Shown: piece after piece, positions 1 through 12,952 of the stretch
Position numbering within the stretch: position 1 is the stretch's first letter
How the letters are laid out: each line of letters opens with the position of its first letter
Assembly: GCA_038087875.1 (NCBI GenBank)
Contig: CM075997.1
Coordinates: forward strand, 5,210,001 to 5,274,000
Length of the DNA: 64,000 bases
Origin: Malacoraja senta
Taxonomy: Eukaryota
Direction of reading: 5' to 3'
The notes under the pieces: generated by a model
What the model was told of the DNA's origin: nothing
What the model saw: only the letters and a program-made list of their open reading frames with translations
The model's database searches: none
Made by a program: the position numbers and the translations under genes

Positions 1-298
1 CAGTGGGAAAAGCTTATCCACGTCAACTCTGTCTATCCCTCTCATCATTTTAAAGACCTCTATCAAGTCCCCCCTTAACCTTCTGCGCTCCAAAGAATAA
101 AGACCTAACTTGTTCAACCTTTCTCTGTAACTTAGTTGCTGAAACCCAGGCAATATTCTAGTAAATCTCCTCTGTACTCTCTCTATTTTGTTGACATCCT
201 TCCTATAATTAGGCGACCAAAATTGTACTCCATACTCCAGAATTGGCCTCACCAATGCCTTGTACAATTTTAACATTACATCCCAACTTCTATACTCA
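1..298 (-). mobile_element. CR1 ORF2 C-terminal fragment
   Basis: Reverse strand reads IERVQRRFTRILPG..LSYRERLNKLGLYSLERRRLRGDLIEVFK. Confidence 0.85.
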
Positions 299-439
299 GG
301 TATGCAAAGAGTTGCTAGCCAGTATCTCGCCCTTGCCCCCCCCCCCCTCTCAAGGCCGTGACCTCTGTTGGGCCAGGAAAATGGTAAGTCTCTGGAACCA
401 AGGGTGCCGGAGAATCTGTGGTGGACCTGTCCTGCCAAT

Positions 440-800
440 TTAGTGCCTTTGTGCCAACTCCAGACTTGCTGAATCCCCATTCAAAACAACCTTAAATCGT
501 ACTGGATGCAGTTGTGAGCTCTTCCACTGGGACAAACACCAGTCACCTGGCCTGGCTCGCTTCCCAACACAAGGTGGTCCACGTTCCCTTCTCGGGTTGG
601 ACGATCCACATATTGTTTCAAGACACCGTCTTGGGTAAACCTCACAAATCCTACACCGTCAAAGCCATTGGCACTGACCAAGTGGCAGTCAGTACTGCGG
701 ACGTCAACATCACCAACTATGACCTTCCTGTTGCGTTGGCATATTTCCTTTCTGTTCCTCCATCTACTGCCTACTTTTTGGGAGCCTATAGTACAATCCC
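440..800 (-). mobile_element. Old CR1 endonuclease-region fragment
   Basis: ORF 481-681: FTQDGVLKQYVDRPTREGNVDHLVLGSEPGQV, a degenerate CR1 APE segment. Confidence 0.65.
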
Positions 801-906
801 ATTAGAGTGCTTGTGCCTTTCTTATATCTAAGCTCCACCCATATGGCCTCAGCGGATAATCCCCCTCACCCCCCCAGAGTATGTCCTCTGAGTGCTGATG
901 TGACAT

Positions 907-1191
907 TTAGTTTTAGAGAAACAGGCCCTTTGGCCCTCCGAGTCTGCACCGACCAGCGATCCCTGCACATTAACACTACCCTACACACACTAGGGACAAT
1001 TTACATTTACACCAAGCCAATTAACCTACATACCTGTGTGTCTTTGGAGTGTGGGAGGAAACCGAAGATCTCGGAGAAAACCCACGGGGAGAACGTTCAA
1101 ACTCCGTACAGACAGCACCCGTAGTCGTGATCGAACCCGGGTCTCTGCTGCTGTGAGGCAGCAACTCTACCGCTGTGCCACTGTGGCCGCC
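907..1191 (-). mobile_element. HE1-type V-SINE (tRNA head, V domain, CR1-like tail); more than 20 further copies or fragments in the window
   Basis: Reverse strand ggcggccacagtggcacagcggtagagttgctgcctcacagc..gacccgggttcgatc (A/B boxes), V domain tggg.tttctccg..tccggtttcctcccaca, tail agggcctgtttc..ctaaa. Confidence 0.88.
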
Positions 1192-2615
1192 TACATTCGC
1201 CCTGAATAGTAACTCAAATCTTCCACTTTTCCCCCCTCTCTCTATTGCACCTGGAACACAGAATCCCTGAAATACTGGTGATGGTGGGTGTTATTTAACT
1301 GGGAGTGGGTGGAGGGGTGGTTGAGGATGCTGGAAGTGGGATCTCAACCGGTAAGATAACCATTTTCCTCGAGTGCAGACACGTTGGCTGATCTACCACT
1401 GCTGGGTGGACAACACCTGCGGCTCGTGTCCCTGTCGGGATCAGGCCATGTTCTGGGTCTGATTAGATTTGGTGCAACGTCAGCTTTGATTATTGCATTC
1501 CTCCCTCTGCACACTCACACGATCTGGGCTTCACAGCCCACTGATAGACCCCAGCCCAACACACCACCACAATGTTTGTGTAGCACTGGTAGTGAGCTGT
1601 AGTCTGGAGACACGAGTAACTGCAGGTGCTACAACCGAGTGTGGAATACAAAGTGCTGGAGTAACTCTGGGGGGGTCAGGCAATATCTATGGAGGACATG
1701 GATGAGGGTGGGAAGAAGGGTCCCGACTTGAAACGTCACCTATCCCTGTCCTCCAGAGATGCTGCCTGACCTGCCGAGTTACTCCACCACGTTGTGTTCT
1801 CGGAGTGTCTGTGGTCCCCATTGCTGGCTGAACGTAGCAAGGACAGGTCCATGGGGATGGACATGGACAGTTCAAACCTGGGTACATTAGAAGATACAGA
1901 GTGCATGCGGTTAGTGGTTAGTACCCTGCCTATCATTGCGTGAGTCTGGGGTTCAATACCCTCATTGGGAGATGAGTATTACAGGTGCTACAACTGTTAG
2001 TCAAAGAGTGTCACAGTACCTGTCTAACTGTTTCTTAAACGTTGCTGTAGTCCCAGCCTCAACTACCTCCTCTGGCAGCTCGTTCCATACACCCACCACC
2101 CTTTGTGTGGAAAAGTTACCCCTTGGATTCCTATTAAGTCATTTCCCCTTCTCCTTGAGCCTACAGTATGTGCTCTGGTCCTCGATGCCCCCTACTCTGG
2201 GCAAGAGACTCTGTGCGTCTACCCGATCTATTCCTCTCATGATTTTATACACCTCTATAAGATCACCCTCATCCTTCTGCACTCTATGGAATGGAGACCC
2301 AGCCTGCTCAACCTCTCCCTATCGCTCACACCCTCTAGTCCTGGCAACATCCTCATAAATCTTCTCTGAACCCTTTCAAGCTTGACAATATCTTCCCTAT
2401 AACATGGTGCCCAGAACTGAGCACAATCTAGTTAAAACAACAGTTCAAAGACATTCGACACCAGGTACATGGATAGGGAATGTTTTCAGGGATCTGGGCT
2501 AAACGCGGACATGGAGAAGATGGTTGCAGTTGGTCTTGGTGCTTTGTGTGTGATCAGTGCTCGTGTTGTATGTTTACCTGTGGATCTCCATTTTCTTTCT
2601 CCCCCCCCTCCCCAG

Positions 2616-2753
2616 GTCACCTTCCACCGTATGTTTTGGACAGGCTCGCTGCCCCCGTGGGCCTAGATGTTGGCAGTGTGGTTGCCCCCGACGATGCCGC
2701 TGACCAGAGTGTCCCGGTCAAGCGGAGGAAGCGGCTTCGGTGCAGTGTTGGCG
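2616..2753 (+). CDS. arhgap11a-like: ARHGAP11A-like gene, internal coding exon A (phase 1/1)
   Basis: Acceptor ttttctttctcccccccctccccag, donor GCG|gtcagt. Encodes (G)HLPPYVLDRLAAPVGLDVGSVVAPDDAADQSVPVKRRKRLRCSVG, which resembles remembered ARHGAP11A GRVPDFILEKIPAMLGIDG...KRKRRQSVG. Confidence 0.85.
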
Positions 2754-4709
2754 GTCAGTACCAGCGGTGGGGAGTCGCTGCTTCCATCGCGGCCTCCCCC
2801 GCCGGAGGTCAAAGTTCACTTATGATCTCCTTGGAAACTCGGTCATGGAAACAGGCCCTTCAGCCCAGCACATCCATGCCGACCAAGATGTCCCATCGAA
2901 CCTCGTCCCATATGCCTCCATTTTGCCCATATACCTCTAAACTTTTCCTAACCACGTATCTGTCCAAGTGTGTTTTAAATGTTGTCAGTGTACCTGCCTC
3001 AACTACTTCCTCTGGCAGCTCGTTTCATATCGTCATTACTTTGAGTGGGATAAGTTGCCGCTCGGGTTCCTATTAAATCTTGCCCCTCTCGCCTTAAACA
3101 TTTCCTCGAGTTCCTGATTCCTCTACACTGGGTGAAAGATTACATACACCCTCTCTGTTCACCTCATGATTTTATACACCTCTATAAGATCACCCCTCGG
3201 CCTCCTGCGCTCCAAGGAATAGTCCTAGCTTGCCCAACCTCTCTGTGTAGCTCATATGCCCTACAGCTATAACATATGATGAGTGTTGGGCGGCACTGGG
3301 CCTGTACTCGCTGGCGTTTAGAAGGATGAGGGGGGACCTCATTGAAATGTACGGAACAGTGACAGAATTTGGTAGAGTGGATGTGGAGAGGATGTTTCCA
3401 CTAGTAGGGGGAAGTCTAGGACTAGACGTCAAAGCCTCAGAATTAAAGAATTTTCTTTTAGGATGGAGATGAGGAAAAATGTCTTCAGTCAGAGGGTGGT
3501 GAATCTGTGGAATTCTTTGCTACAGAAGGTTGTGGAGGCCAAGACGGTGGATATTTTTAAAGCAGGGATAGATAGATTCTTGATTAGTACGGGTGTCAGG
3601 GGTTATGGGGAGAAGGCAGGAGAATGGGGTTAGGAGGGAGAGATTGATCAGCCATGATTGAATGGCGTGGACTTGATCGGCCAAATGGCCTAATTCTGTT
3701 CCTATCTCATGATCATACCTTTAATATACTCAATTCTCTGCACTCCTTCCAGCTTAATGGCATCCTTCATATAACTGGGTGACAAAACCTGAGCATAGTG
3801 TTCCAAACGTAGCCTTATCAATGTAGCATGAGACCCTAACTTCTATACTCACTGATGAAAGCCTTATATGAAACGCTGTCTTTACCACCCTATCTACCTG
3901 TGACGTCATTTTTAGGGAACCATGTACCGGCAATCCTAGATCCCGCTGCTCTGCAACACACCACAGGAGTGGGAGGAAACCGGTGATCTCGGAGAAAATC
4001 CACGCGGGTCACGGTGGGGGGGGGGGGGGGGGGGAACGTACGAACTCCATACAGACAGCACCCGTAGTTGGGATTGAACCCGGGTCTCTGGTGCTGTGAG
4101 GCAGCAACTCTGCCGTTGTGCCACCCACCGTGAGATCATATCGCGGAACTCTAAAGTGTGAATGTGCAGCGTGGGTTCACCAGGTTAATTCCCGGGATGG
4201 CGGGACTGTCATATGCTGAGAGAATGGAGCAGCTGGGCTTGTACACTCTGGAGTTTAGATGGATGAGAGGGCATCTCATTGAAACATACAAGATTGTTAA
4301 GGGCTTGGACACGCCAGAGGCAGGCAACATGTTCCCGATGTTGGGAGAGTCCAGAACCAGGGGCCACACAGTTTAAGAATAAGGGTTAAGCCATTTAGAA
4401 CGGAGATGAGGAAACACTTTTTTCTCACAGAGAGTGGCGAGTCTGTGGAATTCTCTGCCTCAGAGGGCGGTGGAGGCCGGTTGTCTGGTTGCTTTCAAGA
4501 GAGAGCTAGATAGGGCTCTTAAAGATAGTGGAGTCGGGGGATATGGGGGAAAAGGCAGGAACGGGGTACTGATTGGGGATGATCAGTCATGATCACATTG
4601 CTGGCTCGAAGGGTCAAATGGCCTACTCCTGCACCTATTGTCTATTGGAGGTGATAACCTGATGGGGAGAGGTTCCGATGTCTCTCTCTCTCTCTCTCTC
4701 TCTCCACAG

Positions 4710-4775
4710 TGTTTGTGAGCGGAGCGTTGAGCCGACTGAAGATGTCCATCACTCCACAGGCGGACAAACCCACAG
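4710..4775 (+). CDS. arhgap11a-like: ARHGAP11A-like exon B (phase 1/1)
   Basis: (TC)n-ccacag acceptor, CAG|gtgggt donor. Encodes (V)FVSGALSRLKMSITPQADKPT, matching ARHGAP11A DFVSGALNKFK...SITPQ; in frame with exon A. Confidence 0.88.
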
Positions 4776-6471
4776 GTGGGTTGTATCCTGGTGCCTCCCT
4801 CAGCATCCCATCCCCGCCGTCCCATCGTACCCGGGCTCCAGGGGTCTAAGTCAAAGTGATACAGTGTGGAAACAGGTCCTTCAGCCCAACTTGCCCACAC
4901 CGGCCAACATGTCCCAGCTACACTAGTCCCACCTGCCCATGTTTGGTCCATATCCCTCCAAACCTGTCGTATCCATGTACCTGTCTAACTGTTTCTTAAA
5001 CGTTGGGATAGTCCCTGCCTCAACTACCTCCTCTGGCAGCTTTTTCCATGCACCCACCTCCCTCTGTGAAAAAGTTACCCCTCGGAATCCTATTAAATTT
5101 TTTCCCCTTCACCTTGAACCTATGTTCTCTGCTCCTCGATTCCCCTACTCTGGGCAAGAGATTTTGTGAGTCTATCTGATCCATTCCTCTCATGCTTTTG
5201 TACACCTCTATAAGATCATCCCTCATCCTCCTGCGCTTCATGGAATAGAGTCCCAGCCTGCTCAACCTCTCTCTGTAGTTCAAACCCTTGGGTCCCGGCA
5301 TCATCCTTTAGCTCGTGTGATCTTCTGATCTCCGCAGTTCCCCAAACGAAATGTGTGATGTTCAGAGCACAAGGGCTTCTAGAATTGGCAAAACGGCCAC
5401 AGAGTCCAAACCACTTCTATAATTCCCACCCATCTGCTACTGAACCATCCTACCACAACCAGAGAGCAGTCCAGAACTACTAAATACCTCATTGGTGACC
5501 CTCGGACTATCCTTGATTGGACTTTGCTGGCTTTACCTTGCACTAAACGTTATTCCCTTATCATGTATCTGTACACTGTAAACAGCTCGATTGTAATCAT
5601 GTATTGCCTTTCCGCTGACTGGATAGCACGCGGCAAAAGCTTTTTATTGTACATCGGTACATGTGACGATAAACTAAACCGATCCATAAGCCACCGATAA
5701 TCGAACATACAGGAGTTTGGTGCTGGGTTGGTGGGATTTCTGGACTATTGGGATATTATTTCTATTAATAACGCTTCTATTTTTTGCTCACGTTAAACAT
5801 TATTGTTGTACATGTTTCAGTGAGTCAATTAAGTGTGAGGAGTAGATGGGACCAGTGAGTAAGAAGGAAGTTGACTTTAGAGATAGTTAGGCAAATGCCA
5901 TCAGCCTTGGCATTGGCAACGGTGAGGCCTTGGTGGCGGCAGTGAAGCCTCGCGGGTCAATGAGAGCGTGGGGGGAACCACCGTGAGGAGGGGAGGAGGG
6001 GAGGAACAATGGAGGACCCGGCGTGGGTGGACCACCATGATGGGGGTGGGGGGAGGAGCAATGGGGACCTGGTGGGGGAACTGCTGGGGGGGGGGGGGGG
6101 GAGGAGAACAAAGGTGAGAGGGGCAAAATTCAAAGGAGTAGTGCGGGGCAGATTTTGATCTTGAAGTCACCCCTCATGTGCTCGAGGTTAATTTGTGATC
6201 CTCCAACCTACCTCACTGCAGCACTTGTACTTTTTAAAATCTGCCCTTCCTCCATAGCAGTAAGAGTATATTCTGCACTCTGTTTTCTCGTTTGCACTTG
6301 TGCATGGTCTGTTGTACTTGTGCATGGTCTGATTGACACAGCATGGCGATGGAAGTGTCGTCAGGATGTATGTATTTGGGAAGAAGGATTGCTTGCCTTG
6401 GCAGCCAGGTTGCTTGGGTAGGTTCACGGTTTGAGGCGTTATGCTGTGCAGTGTCTCTCTGTCCCCCACAG

Positions 6472-6565
6472 TGTGTCGGCAGCAAGAAGCGAGCCCTGGG
6501 GCCGATACCACACTCGCGGCCAAGAGAAAATCAGCAGCCAATTCCACCATCGCAACAAAGAAGAG
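6472..6565 (+). CDS. arhgap11a-like: ARHGAP11A-like exon C (phase 1/2)
   Basis: Acceptor tctctctgtcccccacag, donor GAG|gtacca (weak). Encodes (V)CRQQEASPGADTTLAAKRKSAANSTIATKK, cf. ARHGAP11A SESP..TPNAKR...SSKKR. Confidence 0.7.
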
Positions 6566-6727
6566 GTACCATGAGAACTGGGCTAGACTTCCGTTTTAGA
6601 AACATAGGAAATAGGTGCAGGAGTAGGCCATTCGCCTTCGAGCCAGCACCGTCATTCAATGTGATCATGGCTAATCATCCAAAATCAGTACCCCTTTCCT
6701 GCTTTCTCCCCATATCCCTTGATTTTC

Positions 6728-7060
6728 TTAGCCCCAAGAGCTATATCTAACTCTTAGCCCTAAGAGCTATATCCAACGCTTAGCCCTAAGAGCTATATCC
6801 AACGCTTAGCCCTAAGAGCTATATCCAACGCTTAGCCCTAAGAGCTATATCCAACACTTAGCCCTAAGAGCTATATCCAACGCTTAGCCCTAAGAGCTAT
6901 ATCCAACTCTTAGCCCTAAGAGCTATATCCAACACTTAGCCCTAAGAGCTATATCCAACGCTTAGCCCTAAGAGCTATATCCAACACTTAGCCCTAAGAG
7001 CTATATCCAACTCTTAGCCCTAAGAGCTATATCCAACGCTTAGCCCTAAGAGCATATCTA
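6728..7060. repeat. 26-bp minisatellite (CTTAGCCCTAAGAGCTATATCCAACG), about 12-13 copies
   Basis: Direct tandem copies, continuous with the CR1 3' end at 6597-6750. Confidence 0.95.
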
Positions 7061-9080
7061 AGTTTTCTTGTCATGAACATTGGTAGCACTTCATACTTTG
7101 GGAAACAAACTTTACCCTAGTGAAGACACACATAAAAAGCTGGATTAACTCAGCGGGACAGGCAGCATCTCTGGAGAGATGAAATGGGTGACATTTTGGG
7201 TCTAGACCCTTCAGTCTCTACCCGAAACGTCACCCATTCCTTCTCTCCGGAGATGCTGCCTGTCCCGCTGAGTTACTCCAGCTTTTTGTGTCTATCTTCG
7301 GTTTAAACCAGCATCTGCAGTTCCTTCCTACACCTGTGCCAGGCTAAACATGTCTGATTGTGATTAACTTGTTTAATTTGGTGATAGGAATGATTTTGAG
7401 GGGAATGTTACTGGATGCAGGATCACAATAGCTAACCTTGCAAACAAGTGTACATGACTGATCTTGCATATAGTATCTGCAATTAAAAACTATTTTTAAA
7501 CGTTGCATGCCTTGAGTCTGCTTGAAGGTAGACACAAAAAGCTGGAGTAACTCAGCGGGACAGGCAGCATCTCTGGAGAGAAGGAATGGGTGACGTTTCG
7601 GGTCGAGACCCTTCTTCATCTTGCTTGACTTCTTATTGTGAATGAAGTTGTTGTTAGCTGTCACTTACGTCTTGGGTAAAGAGGACTCTGACAGTTCTCC
7701 AACGAGTAACTCCAGCCAGCAAACCTTTTGCTTTATACTCAGTTTATAGAGGAAATACCCATTGTCATCCAAATACAGACTCCCGAGTCCTTACCATCTG
7801 CCCTGCAATGCTTTTGATGTATTCTAGAGAGAGTTAGATAGAGCTCTTGGGGCTAACAGAATCCAGGGATATGGGGAGAAAGCAGGAACAGGGTACTGAT
7901 TTTGGATAATCAGCCATGATCATATTGAATGGTGGTGCTGGCTCAAAGGGCCGAATGGCGTACTCCTGCATCTATTTTCTGTGCTTGCTTTGAACCATAG
8001 CCTGTAGATCATCCCATTCAAAGCAGTGGGCATTCTGAGAACAAAGGTTGCTATATAAATGCAACTTTCCAAATCGGCCTGAATTAAATGGTCATAAGAT
8101 GACACAGCACGGCAACAGGCCATTCGGCCCAATTTGCCCAGGCCGACCAAGGTGGCCCTTCTACACTAGTCCCATCTGCCCCTGTTTAATCCCTCTAAAC
8201 CTTTCCTATTTATTTTCATGTGCGAATATCTTTCAAACATTTAAAAAGCAATGGCTCAGCGGTAGAGTTGCTGCCTCACAGCGCCAGAGACCCGGGTTCA
8301 ATCCTGACTACGGGTGCTGTCTGTATGGAGTTTGTACGTTCTCCCCGTGACCTGCGTGGGTTTTCTCCGGGATCTCCGGTTTCCTCCCACACTCCAGAGA
8401 CGTGCAGGTTTGTAGGGTTAATCAGCCTCTGTAAATTGTCCCGAGTGAGTGAGAAATAATGGGTTCGCTGGTCAGCACTTTGGGCCTTTCCTTATTAAAC
8501 CAGCATCTGCAGTTCCTTGTTTCTACGAACCAGAGCAAATAGGTTTAAGGTGAAGGGGGGAAGATTTAATAGGAATCTGATGGGTAACCTTTTCACACAG
8601 AGGGTGGTGGGTGTATGGAACGAGCTGCCAGATGAGGTAGTTGAGGCAGAGACTATCACAACATTTAAGAAACATGGATAGGACAGGTTTGGAGGGATAT
8701 GGACCAAACGCAGGCAGGTGGGACTGGTGTAGCTGGGACATGTTGGCCGGTATGGGCAAGTTGGGCTGAAGGGCCTGTTTCCACACTGTATCACACTGAC
8801 TACATCACAATACTACACCAATGCCCTGATTGATGAAGGTCGCCATATGCCCCCTTGTTAATGCCTCTCCTACCCAGTGTGATAGGCTCTGTGTGTTAAA
8901 CGTGCCTGTTCCGCTTGTGATAATAGGGGGAGTTCAGCCGGTGTTGATATTCGGTCTGAAGAAGGGTCTTGACCCGAAACGTCTCCCATTCCATCTGTCC
9001 AGAGATGCTGCCTGTCCTGCTGTGTTACTCTGGCATTTTGTGTCTATCTTTGATATTGCCCTTTGTTTTCGTCCCTGCAG

Positions 9081-9160
9081 CAGATCAGCGAGCGTTTCCG
9101 CTGGGCCTGACCCTCGTACGCACGGAGCTGGTCCACGACAGGCTGACTTCACCCCTGCAG
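9081..9160 (+). CDS. arhgap11a-like: ARHGAP11A-like exon D (phase 2/1; tandem CAGCAG acceptor, alternative start 9084)
   Basis: Acceptor ttgttttcgtccctgcag|cag|, donor CAG|gtcatt (weak). Encodes RSASVSAGPDPRTHGAGPRQADFTPA; its phases bridge exons C and E. Confidence 0.6.
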
Positions 9161-11002
9161 GTCATTAGGGGTCTTCACCGTACATCCGCTGGCCGCGCTC
9201 GATGGTGAAACGCCTGGGGGGCTGAGGTGGTGGAGTGGGAGGGCGTGAGTGGAGGGGGAGAGTGTTCAGGAGAGGAGAGGGAGAGGTAACTGCGGAGAAG
9301 GCAGCTGTGGGAGTTGGAGGGGAGTCTCCAGTCTGGTCTGGTCAGGTCTGGTCGGCCCACTCGCTCGATGTACTGGAGCTGTTCCCGGTATCCAGTCAAA
9401 AGTGATAGGAGCAGAATTCAGCCCATCATGTCTACTCCGCCATTCAATCATGGCTGATCTATTGCTCCCTCCTCACCCCATTCTCCTGCCTTCTCCCCAT
9501 AACCCCTGACACCTGACGTCCCTCTCCTCTCCTCCCCTCTCCTCGCCCGGCCATCTCTGTGTCGCGGGAGTGCCTCCTTCAGCCCACATTGAAGCCTGCA
9601 GCTGGAGGCATTACCCAGGTTCACTCTCCTCGCATCCGATGTCCCCAGCCCCCTCCCGGTCCCATTCGGTCGGTTCCGAGGTCTGGCGCGCAAGATTCCC
9701 ATCGGACAACGTTTATTGAAGGGGTTTGATGGGGGCAGGGCAGTAGACTTTCTCCACATTAGCAAGGCCTGCAACAATGTCCCATTTAGTACCAGTTGTT
9801 TTAGAGTGCAGAAACAGGCCCTTCGGCCCACCGAGTCTATGCTAACCAACGACCACTCGCACTATCCTGCACACTGGGGCCAATTAACCCACAAACCCAC
9901 ACGTCTGTGGAATGTGGGAGGAAACCCACGTGGTCATTTAGCGGGGTGATCTGGCAAGTTAGGGTGCATGGCTTCCAAGGTGAGCTCGCAAAATCAATTC
10001 CGAATTGGTGTAAGGAGAGGAAAAGGTTGAAGGGTCCTTGGGGAGGGAGGTTTCACTGCCTGGAACTCTGAGCAGTGGAGTGCCGCAGGGGTCGGTGCTG
10101 GCTCCACTGTTTGTTGCTGTCCACATCAACGATTTGGATCACAATGTTGTTAATATGTTGTGTTGGGAGATACTGCAGATGCTGGTTTAAACCAAAGACA
10201 GACACAAAAGGCTGGAGTAACTCGGCGGGACAGGCAGCTTCTCTGGAGAGAAGGAATGGGTGACGTTTTGGGTGGAGTCCCTTCTTCAGACTAAGAGATG
10301 GGGAGATGGGAACGTGAGATACAGGCAGTACTTGGGGCAAATTAATGGAAGATATGCAAAAAGCAACGATGATCAAGGAAAGCTGGAGCCCACAATGGTC
10401 TGTTGTTGGCTGTGGGATAGGTGATATTGAGCTCACGAGTCGGTGGAACGCGACAAGACAACAGTAAAACCACCATGACCAGGGTGGGGGAAGGGATGGA
10501 GAGAGGGGATGTAAGGGTTACTTGGAGTTAGAGACATCAATATTGTCTCATTGTCTGTAACTCATTTTCACCCAGACCTAGCTAGCAATGGCCTCTATCC
10601 TTTATTATCATTACTTTTATGCATATCTTTCATTCATTTGTTCTATATCTCTCCACATCACACTCTATTTATCAATTCCCTTTCCTGTCCCAGCCCGAAG
10701 AAGGTTCTCAACCTGAAACGTTGCCTATTCCTTTTCTCCAGAGATGCTATCTGACCCGCTGAGTTATTCCAGCTTTTTGTCTATCTTCAATATTCATACC
10801 GCTGAGGTGCTGTTCCAGACGTCTTCTCCAGAGATGCTGCCTGACCCATTAAGTTATTCCAGCATTTGCTGTCTACCGTTAATGCATTTGCAGATGACTC
10901 CACAATTGGTGGTAGGGTGAACAGTGAGGAAGGATATTGAAGTTTATCATGGGACCCAGGATGGTTGGGAAGGAGGTTTAAGGAATGGATAATGGAGTCT
11001 AA

Positions 11003-11199
11003 AGGGCCTGTCCCACTTGGGCATCATTTGCTTGTCATGCAGATGGCGCGCGAAGATTTTGTACATCCCAAAATCCTGGGGCGCCGCGTGCGATTGCGTG
11101 TCACTGCCTACGTCACCACGCACCATGCGCGCATCATGTGTCGTGCGTCGTGACGTGTAAATGATGTCATGTAAATGACGCCCAAGTGGGACAGGCCCT
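11003..11199. mobile_element. Harbinger/PIF-like MITE (197 bp)
   Basis: Same TIR, TAA...TAA target duplication. Confidence 0.85.
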
Positions 11200-12783
11200 T
11201 AACTCGGACAAGTGTGAGGTGTTGCACCAGGTTAAACCAGGGCAGGACTTGCACAGTAAATGGCAGAGCCCTGGAGAGTGTCATGGTACTGAGATCCCAG
11301 AGTACAGGTGAGGAGGTCAACGAAACAGGCGAGTCAGGTGGACAGTGTTATGAAGGGCTTTGGCACACACACCTTCATTGGGAAAAGTACTGAGTGTAAA
11401 CTTTGGGACATAATGATGCAGGTATAGAAACATAGAAAATAGGTACAGGAGTAGGCCATTCGGCCCTTAGAGCCAGCACCGCCATTCAATATGATCATCC
11501 AAAATCAGTACCCCGTTCCAGCTTTCTCCTCATATACCTTGATTCCGTTAGCCCTAAGAGCTAAATCTAACTCTCTCTTGAAAACATCCAGTGAATTGGC
11601 CTCCACTGCCTTCTGTGGTAGAGAATTCCACAGATTCACAACTCTCTGGGTGGAAACAAGTAATTGCTGAGACTATGTGTGGTTCTATCACCCAGCTACA
11701 GGGAAGGAGGCCATTAAATTGGATAGTGTGGGAGAGGTTCACCAGGATGTTACTTGGGCTTGAGGTACAGGGAGAGGTTGGATAGGTGGAGACATTTTTC
11801 CTTGGAGCATAGGAGGCGGAGGGCTGATCTTATTGAGGTTTACAAGATCATGAAGGGTGTAGATAAATGAAACGCTCTGGTTTTTTTCTCGGCGTGGAGG
11901 ATTCTAAAACCGGAGGGCGCAGGCTTAAGGTGAGAGGGGATAGATTGAAGAGGAACTCTTTCACTCAGAAGGTGATTCAACTCTTGGAGTGAACTGCCAG
12001 GTGAAGCTGAAGAAGTGGATACAACTACAACTTTTAAAAGATATTTGGACAGATGTATGGAGATAGTGGGGTTTAAAGGGGTATGGCCGAAATGTTGGCA
12101 AAGTCTCGCCCAGAATGCCATCTTGGTTGGCATGGACAAGGTGGGCGAAAGAGCCATTCTTTACTGTCCATCCTTGACAGTTCTGTATGCTGGGTAGGAA
12201 GGAACTGCAGATGCTGGTTTAAACGGGAGAAAGCCACAAAAAGCTGGAGTAACTCAGTGGGACAGGCAGTATCTCTGGAGAGAAGGAATGGGTGATGTCT
12301 CGGTTGCTTGGTAGTTAATTTGGCCACTGTAAATTGAGCTAAAGTATGTGGCTGGGAGATTGTGAGGTGGGTATTAGAGGGAGGGGCGAATAGGGTACAG
12401 ATAAAATAAATGAAGGAAGGGGGTGACGCAAGAGCTCAGGGTGGATCAATAGTAGAGTCGCTCCATTACAGCGCTTGCAGCAACAGACCCTGGTTCGATC
12501 CCGACTACGGATGCTGTCTGTACGGAGTTTGTACGATCTCCGTCTGACTCGCGTGGGGTTTCTCCGAGATCTCCGCTTTCCTCCCACACTCCAAAGACGT
12601 ACAGGTTTGTAGGTTAATTGGCTTGGTGTAAATGTAAATTGTCCCCAGTGTGTGTAGGGTAGTGTTAACGTGCGGGGGGTCGGTGCAGATTCGATGGGCC
12701 AAAGGGCCTGTTTCTGTTCTGTATCTCTAAACTAAATTAAACTTCCCTCTCCGGGATACGGGGGCTGTTTATGTTCCTTGCAG

Positions 12784-12952
12784 ATTGCAGCCAGGATGAG
12801 GACTGGTTTTCCGAGAATTCCCGGAGCCCTTCGGTATTCCAGAATCTCGTGAAGGAAGGAGACATTTTGTCAACAGGGGGCGGGAAAGCTCAGTCCACCC
12901 TCTCGGTGGTCAGGACTGGAAGCAGCAAGGCAGCAAGTCCATGGAAGAGGAG
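12784..12952 (+). CDS. arhgap11a-like: ARHGAP11A-like exon E (phase 1/2)
   Basis: Acceptor tttatgttccttgcag, donor GAG|gtagga. Open frame DCSQDEDWFSENSRSPSVFQNLVKEGDILSTGGGKAQSTLSVVRTGSSKAASPWKR in non-repetitive sequence. Confidence 0.75.

Larger units (their letters stand above)
2010..5305. mobile_element. Cluster of 5'-truncated CR1 3' ends in introns (about 2010-2430 -, 2835-3260 -, 3285-3712 +, 4160-4647 +, 4850-5305 -)
   Basis: Repeated RRMRGDLIE/FFTQRVVGVWNELPEEVVEAG-type translations and CR1 tails. Confidence 0.85.

Noticed and set aside
300..383. Exon-like segment ending in ATG|gtaagt
   Set aside because: The acceptor comes from antisense CR1, the phase-1 frame needed to join exon A contains TGA, and there is no RhoGAP similarity.
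1262..1350. Exon-like segment with acceptor and CCG|gtaaga donor
   Set aside because: Stops in all three frames; could only be non-coding or cryptic.
5821..5855. Possible micro-exon (ttcag|TGAGTC...CA|gtgagt)
   Set aside because: Inclusion would shift exon C out of the ARHGAP11A-matching frame.
5960..6125. G-tract-rich intronic segment (quadruplex potential) and Pro-rich antisense ORFs
   Set aside because: Low-complexity sequence; such G tracts are common throughout the window.
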